A DNA stretch of 64,000 nucleotides, from NCBI GenBank assembly GCA_016286145.1, contig JAEESD010000001.1:1057-65056 (forward strand). The letters are read 5' to 3'. The stretch is from Bacteroidales bacterium. GTDB lineage: Bacteria > Bacteroidota > Bacteroidia > Bacteroidales > UBA932. The notes beneath the pieces are model-generated. The model was not told where the DNA came from. It made no database searches and saw nothing but the letters and a program-made list of their open reading frames with translations. Positions 59,684-64,000 of this stretch are shown in pieces; positions within the stretch are counted from its first letter, which is position 1, and each line of letters starts with the position of its first letter. A program made the position numbers and the translations under genes.

Positions 59684-60795
59684 TGAAAAAGTTGATTCTA
59701 ACGCTTGCGGTGCTGTTCTCGGCTCTGTCCGGCTTCTCTCAGGATTATGATCAGATAACGAGCGATGCCTTCGCGAAAGTACTTTCTCCCTATTTCGATG
59801 ATTTCAACTTTTTTTATAAAAAGGGGGTTTTCAACTCAGTTTACCTGGAATTTAACTTGTTCGGTTGGACGAGGTACTACCACGGTCAAAATTGCCCCAG
59901 AGAGGTAACGGGTATAGCTTGGGTTTCAGATGAGGAGTACCCAATGGCAAAGAAAGGCGCTTCTGCCATCCGTAAATTGCTGTTGGAGGAGGCAAAGAAA
60001 ACTAAAGTCCAAACCTCTATTTATGTGGGACGTATGCTCTCAGGCACTTCTCCTATGATTTTCAGGGTGAGCAGCAAAACCGATGATAACCTCTATTTTG
60101 ACATCAAAGTCACCGACCAGGAGATATTCGGTGTTCCGTTTGATCAGGTGGACAAAAAGAAAATGCTCCACTCAATAGTAGATCATTTGAACATGATGAA
60201 TAAAGACAAGCCGAGAATGATCATTCATATGAGCGATGATGATAATTGGCTGCTTTATAGTTACAAACGAACGGAGAAGTATTACCGGCAGGATGAGGCT
60301 TTCCGCATAGCCCAGCAATTTAGCGCCGATCTCTTTGCCGCCACCAAACAAAAATACTTTGAAAACGGATATTTTTATCTTGCCGTGCCCTTTGGAATGG
60401 GCATAATGGTGGAGGTGAGCAATCAAGACTCTCATGAGACTGCTCGTGAGTGGATCACTCCCGAAGAAGTTCGGGAATGCTGCCTTGAGGAAGGACATAA
60501 ATACCATGGCCCCTATGAGAACACATGGTTCTTCCCGCTACCCGGTTTCAAGAGCGTTTCTGTCCGCGAGTATTCCGATGCCTTAGGCCTCGAGCTGTGG
60601 TGCACGTGGTACGAACTGCTCGGCGGTGAATTGACTGTCGACAGGATAATGGATCTGATCCAGCAGTCATTGCAGGAGCCCGATTCGCCTATGGTCGAAA
60701 TACTTGAACGGTGCAAGTCCACCGGAAAACCCTTCTACGCCGTCCTCAACAGCCGCTTCGGCCTTCGCTTCAGTGGTCAATTGCCGATAGAATGA
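59680..60795 (+). CDS. Exported hypothetical protein
   Basis: Signal peptide (GFSQ); no recognised motif. Confidence 0.7.
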   Translation: MMKKLILTLAVLFSALSGFSQDYDQITSDAFAKVLSPYFDDFNFFYKKGVFNSVYLEFNLFGWTRYYHGQNCPREVTGIAWVSDEEYPMAKKGASAIRKLLLEEAKKTKVQTSIYVGRMLSGTSPMIFRVSSKTDDNLYFDIKVTDQEIFGVPFDQVDKKKMLHSIVDHLNMMNKDKPRMIIHMSDDDNWLLYSYKRTEKYYRQDEAFRIAQQFSADLFAATKQKYFENGYFYLAVPFGMGIMVEVSNQDSHETAREWITPEEVRECCLEEGHKYHGPYENTWFFPLPGFKSVSVREYSDALGLELWCTWYELLGGELTVDRIMDLIQQSLQEPDSPMVEILERCKSTGKPFYAVLNSRFGLRFSGQLPIE

Positions 60796-60912
60796 ACGAA
60801 GGGATAAATAAAAATATCCAGTAGGGTATAACCGGCAGGACAAGTATCGTTGAATGTCGTAACGTTCATCGTATAGACGATGGCGGCTCCGAAGAAATTA
60901 TTCGCTTTCGTG

Positions 60913-61350
60913 TTAAAGTTTTTTTGCCGCCTGGGCGAAAGCGGCCATCTCCCGACCGAGTTGACGGATAGCCTCAAGGATTTGTTCGGCTCTGGCCGCG
61001 GAAGGTTTTTTTATCCCGTAGATGTAGCGGGACAGAAGGCTCTTGTTGATGCCGATTGTGCGGGCCACTTCCGAAACGTTCAGTTGAGGGAATTTTTTGA
61101 AAACTTCTGCAATCGGATTGTTGGAATTAGGCTCGGCGGTGTCGTAGAAGCTGCTGATATGAATATCTTCATCTATGTCTTCCCAGCGGATGTCGTCCCC
61201 CTCCAGTCCGATCTCAAATGCCTGTCTTTGCTCAGGAGTTGCATCGAGCAGTAGGGGAAACGCCTCCAGCGGCCTGCTGTAAGTGTTCCCTTTATCTGTC
61301 AGGATATAGATCCTTTCTTCTTTGAACCAGAGTTTTACGATGGATTCCAT
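60913..61350 (-). CDS. DUF2442-like protein with a C-terminal HTH (putative antitoxin)
   Basis: FPLLLDATPEQR...IRWEDIDEDI; LNVSEVARTIGINKSLLSRYIYGIKKPS. Confidence 0.8.
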   Translation of the reverse strand: MESIVKLWFKEERIYILTDKGNTYSRPLEAFPLLLDATPEQRQAFEIGLEGDDIRWEDIDEDIHISSFYDTAEPNSNNPIAEVFKKFPQLNVSEVARTIGINKSLLSRYIYGIKKPSAARAEQILEAIRQLGREMAAFAQAAKKL

Positions 61351-61354
61351 TTGA

Positions 61355-61591
61355 TTATTCTTCATCAAAGTGTTCAATCCAGGCCTGTATCATTTCTGCT
61401 TTATATTGTCTTACTGCTGCTACGGCCTTTTTTAAATCCGCCGGCTTGATTCCATTATTATCAACAACCTGAGCGGTTTCTAATAGTATTTTTGCCCTGC
61501 CGTCTCCATTCCTAACGTGTACGTGCATAGGCAGGTGTTCTTCTGAATAAAAGAAGAAGCGAAGTCCGAACAAAAATAAAATTGTAGGCAT
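61355..61591 (-). CDS. DUF4160-like protein (putative toxin)
   Basis: MPTI...GLRFFFYSEEHLPMHVHV...W...F. Confidence 0.85.
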   Translation of the reverse strand: MPTILFLFGLRFFFYSEEHLPMHVHVRNGDGRAKILLETAQVVDNNGIKPADLKKAVAAVRQYKAEMIQAWIEHFDEE

Positions 61592-61689
61592 AGTTTAATA
61601 TTTAAGTTGAAGCAAATATAGGTATAAAAATTTATCCCCGCAAGGGGTGATTACGAAGAAAGTCAACTCTTTTTTATTACTTTTGTGAT

Positions 61690-61806
61690 ATGTCTGAATT
61701 CTTAAAAGATAACTATGCGATGCTTGGTCTGGCCGTAGGTCTGATCGGCATAGTAATAGGCGTGATTTCTTTAATCCGGGAAACGAAGAAGAGGAAAGGG
61801 AAATAA
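61690..61806 (+). CDS. 38-aa single-TM peptide
   Basis: MSEFLKDNYAMLGLAVGLIGIVIGVISLIRETKKRKGK; absent from the ORF track. Confidence 0.55.
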   Translation: MSEFLKDNYAMLGLAVGLIGIVIGVISLIRETKKRKGK

Positions 61807-61878
61807 CCTTTTTTGTAGTAGAATCCACCACGGTGGGGACAGTCGGATGCGCTATCTTTGCAGAAAAACTATCTGCGT

Positions 61879-62520
61879 ATGAAAAGATTATTTGTCGTCA
61901 TTACTGCATTCGCACTTTTGTCCGCGTGTACTTCTGAGAATAATCCCGGCGACGGGGATCAGCCGGGCCATAATCAGGAACAGGGTCATGATTACACCAA
62001 CACCGACCAGTTGGCCTTCGTGGACATGGGCACGAATGTCCTGTGGGCCACAATTAATGTCGGTGCATTACATTCCACCGAATTTGGCTCATATCTGGAG
62101 TGGAGCCCTTTGACCGCTTCCTACGGAGATGAGTTTTCCAATTGCCGCCTGCCCACCTGGGCCGAATACGAAGAACTGGTTTCCGTCAAGACAAGCGACG
62201 GGAAATATACGAGCGGTCCCTGCCGGGCCACCTGGGGCAAGGTGAATGGTGTGTACGGTATAACCTATACTAACAAGAAGACGGGGAACGCCATCTTCAT
62301 GCCTGCGGCGGGAGAATACTCTCAAGGCTTACCTTATTTCGTAGGGCAGAGGGTGTATAACTGGACATTTGACTCCAAGGAAGCATGGGATGGATTGCGA
62401 GCCACCGCGACAGAGTTTCAGTCAGGGACATCCCCAAGCGACGGAGCGCACGTGGAAAATTTTGTCGCCATTGACCGCTGCACCGTACGCCTGGTGAAGG
62501 AAATAAAAGACAAGAGCTGA
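61879..62520 (+). CDS. Lipoprotein with a VDxG...WAxxNVGA domain
   Basis: SAC lipobox; VDMGTNVLWATINVGA, RLPT..E..EL, IFMPAAG, VRLV. Confidence 0.75.
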   Translation: MKRLFVVITAFALLSACTSENNPGDGDQPGHNQEQGHDYTNTDQLAFVDMGTNVLWATINVGALHSTEFGSYLEWSPLTASYGDEFSNCRLPTWAEYEELVSVKTSDGKYTSGPCRATWGKVNGVYGITYTNKKTGNAIFMPAAGEYSQGLPYFVGQRVYNWTFDSKEAWDGLRATATEFQSGTSPSDGAHVENFVAIDRCTVRLVKEIKDKS

Positions 62521-62586
62521 ACGTGACATTTTCGGTCTTTCCCATTCCTTCCAGCCGGTCACCGGCCTATCTCTGAGGGTTAGTTT

Positions 62587-63501
62587 CTAAATCCTGGAGA
62601 GCAATTCTTCGGGGTTGGTTTCAGGCATTAGGGTGATGCCGAACCACTTCTTTCCGACGTCTTTGAGAGAAGCGCCGACAAGATAGGTCTTGTCGTCTAT
62701 GATTAGGAAGCGGTCGTGTGATTTGCTGAAAAGTCTCACGTTGATAGTGGGGTATTGGGCATTATGCTTTTCCAGGTCAAGTCTGAACTGCCGAGTTATT
62801 CGTTTGGTATAGATAGTGGCTTCGACACCCTCTCCGCATTTATCCAGCATGGTCAGGACAGAGTCGTCCACATAGTTGTCTATGAGGACTATTCTGGCTC
62901 TTGCGCTTCTAATTAGGTCGCAGATGCACTCATAGGCATCGTAGATTTGGCCGTCGAAGAAAAGGCCGTAGACAGGAGGAAGCGAGGTTCTAACAAAGAA
63001 ATCAATCTTTTCCTCAGTTTTGGACACCCTTCGTTCTAGTTGTTCAAGTCTGGGGTTGATTGAATATCCTCGAAGTAGATAGTCTTTTAATACCAAATTG
63101 GCCCACCGACGAAAGATAATACCATTGGATGATTTCACTCGATATCCGACGGATAGAATCATATCAAGGTTGTAATACTCCTTGTTTCTATTGATCCAGC
63201 GCTTACCCTCTTTTTGAACTGTCGCAAATTTTGCGACAGTTGGCACGCCATTGAGTTCTTCTTTCAAGGCGGCGCTAATGTGTTTGCCGATGGTCTTGAT
63301 GTCGCGATTAAAAAGAATGGATAGCTGTTCTCGATTTAACCAGACGGTATCATCTTTCAATTTTACTTCGATGTGAATAGAATTATCGGGTTGGTAGATG
63401 ATTACCTCCCCATTTGTTGCGTTCTGATTTGTGCGTGGGTACTGATCAGATAAAGTGACCGTTTTGGGATTTAGACCAGTGTTGAGTTGTTTGTCTAACA
63501 T
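62587..63501 (-). CDS. RhuM-like DNA-binding protein with a C-terminal PLD-like nuclease fold
   Basis: TVWLNREQL..LF, YNLDMILSVGYRVKS, FRRWA; IDNYVD, HDRFLIID, GASLKD. Confidence 0.8.
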   Translation of the reverse strand: MLDKQLNTGLNPKTVTLSDQYPRTNQNATNGEVIIYQPDNSIHIEVKLKDDTVWLNREQLSILFNRDIKTIGKHISAALKEELNGVPTVAKFATVQKEGKRWINRNKEYYNLDMILSVGYRVKSSNGIIFRRWANLVLKDYLLRGYSINPRLEQLERRVSKTEEKIDFFVRTSLPPVYGLFFDGQIYDAYECICDLIRSARARIVLIDNYVDDSVLTMLDKCGEGVEATIYTKRITRQFRLDLEKHNAQYPTINVRLFSKSHDRFLIIDDKTYLVGASLKDVGKKWFGITLMPETNPEELLSRI

Positions 63502-63639
63502 GGTTTTTCAAAGTTTTGTTTAGCTCTACTAAGATAAGAAAAATAACATCAACGAGCGGTTTCTCCCTCGAAATATCAAAGAGAAACCGCACTTTACGAT
63601 GTGCTGATATATAATTGTATCCTAGTATTATTTCCCCGT

Positions 63640-63920
63640 GAAGGTGCCTTCGAAGAGGATGGTGCCGGAGGTGGTTGGAGGCGCGAAGCGCCGATAGCGG
63701 CATCAGAAGGTGGCCGACCTCGGACCGAGATTAGCCCCTACGCCTGGTAGCTCCGGGGCTCGTCTCGTCACTCCGCAAGCAATCAGCAGACTTTCGGGCG
63801 GCTTTGCCGCCCTTTTTTTGTCGATGAGCGGTCGCCGGCGAAAGCGAGCTCTCGCCTGCGGCCGTTCAACGACAAAAGCGCCGCACTTTCGTGCGACGCT
63901 TGTCTGCTGATTGCGTAGTG
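63640..63920. repeat. GC-rich nested-palindrome element downstream of tRNA-Ser
   Basis: gcaatcagcagac (63779-63791) / gtctgctgattgc (63902-63914) enclose further hairpins; inverted near-copy of the tRNA 3' end at about 63763-63777. Confidence 0.65.
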
Positions 63921-64000
63921 CGGAGAGGACGAGATTCGAACTCGTGGTACGGTTACCCGTACGGCAGTTTAGCAAACTGCTGGTTTCAGCCACTCACCCA
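63921..64000 (-). tRNA. tRNA-Ser(GCT), 5' end cut off by the window edge
   Basis: GCAGT-TTGCTAA-ACTGC anticodon arm; long variable arm; GTTCGAATC; CCTCTCCG 3' end. Confidence 0.93.

Overview
GC-rich Bacteroidales chromosomal segment (SusC/SusD pair, TAnnTTTG promoters, long rpsP, histone-H1-like gene). A gut or rumen uncultured lineage is likely, but that is inference. Left to right: an amino-sugar/phosphodiester catabolic operon (GH97 end, phosphoesterase-glycoside hydrolase fusion, nagB, GDPD, NagB-deacetylase fusion, HAD); aroC; a GHL10 lipoprotein; a pyrG-purB-purC / purF-purA block with Firmicutes-type purB and purF, flanked by a duplicated GHL10 3' end; two tandem membrane-anchored LuxR-type regulators; a 1432-aa BACON-LRR-M64 lipoprotein; a micro-peptide plus fimbrillin-like gene. 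Then an integrase-free array of small cargo modules at a duplicated tRNA-Leu(CAA), bounded by junctions resembling large-serine-recombinase attP half-sites; aroB and an aroD-aroA fusion; a PUL rich in phosphodiesterases and GHL10 enzymes; sufBCD; rpsP-rimM; queH-ispE-tRNA-Leu(GAG); lipid enzymes; a DUF4160/DUF2442 pair; a RhuM-like gene; and a partial tRNA-Ser(GCT). Several GCGAAGC-rich structured intergenic elements occur. No CRISPR array, reverse transcriptase, transposase or intact integrase was seen. All family calls come from motif recognition by eye, not from database searches.
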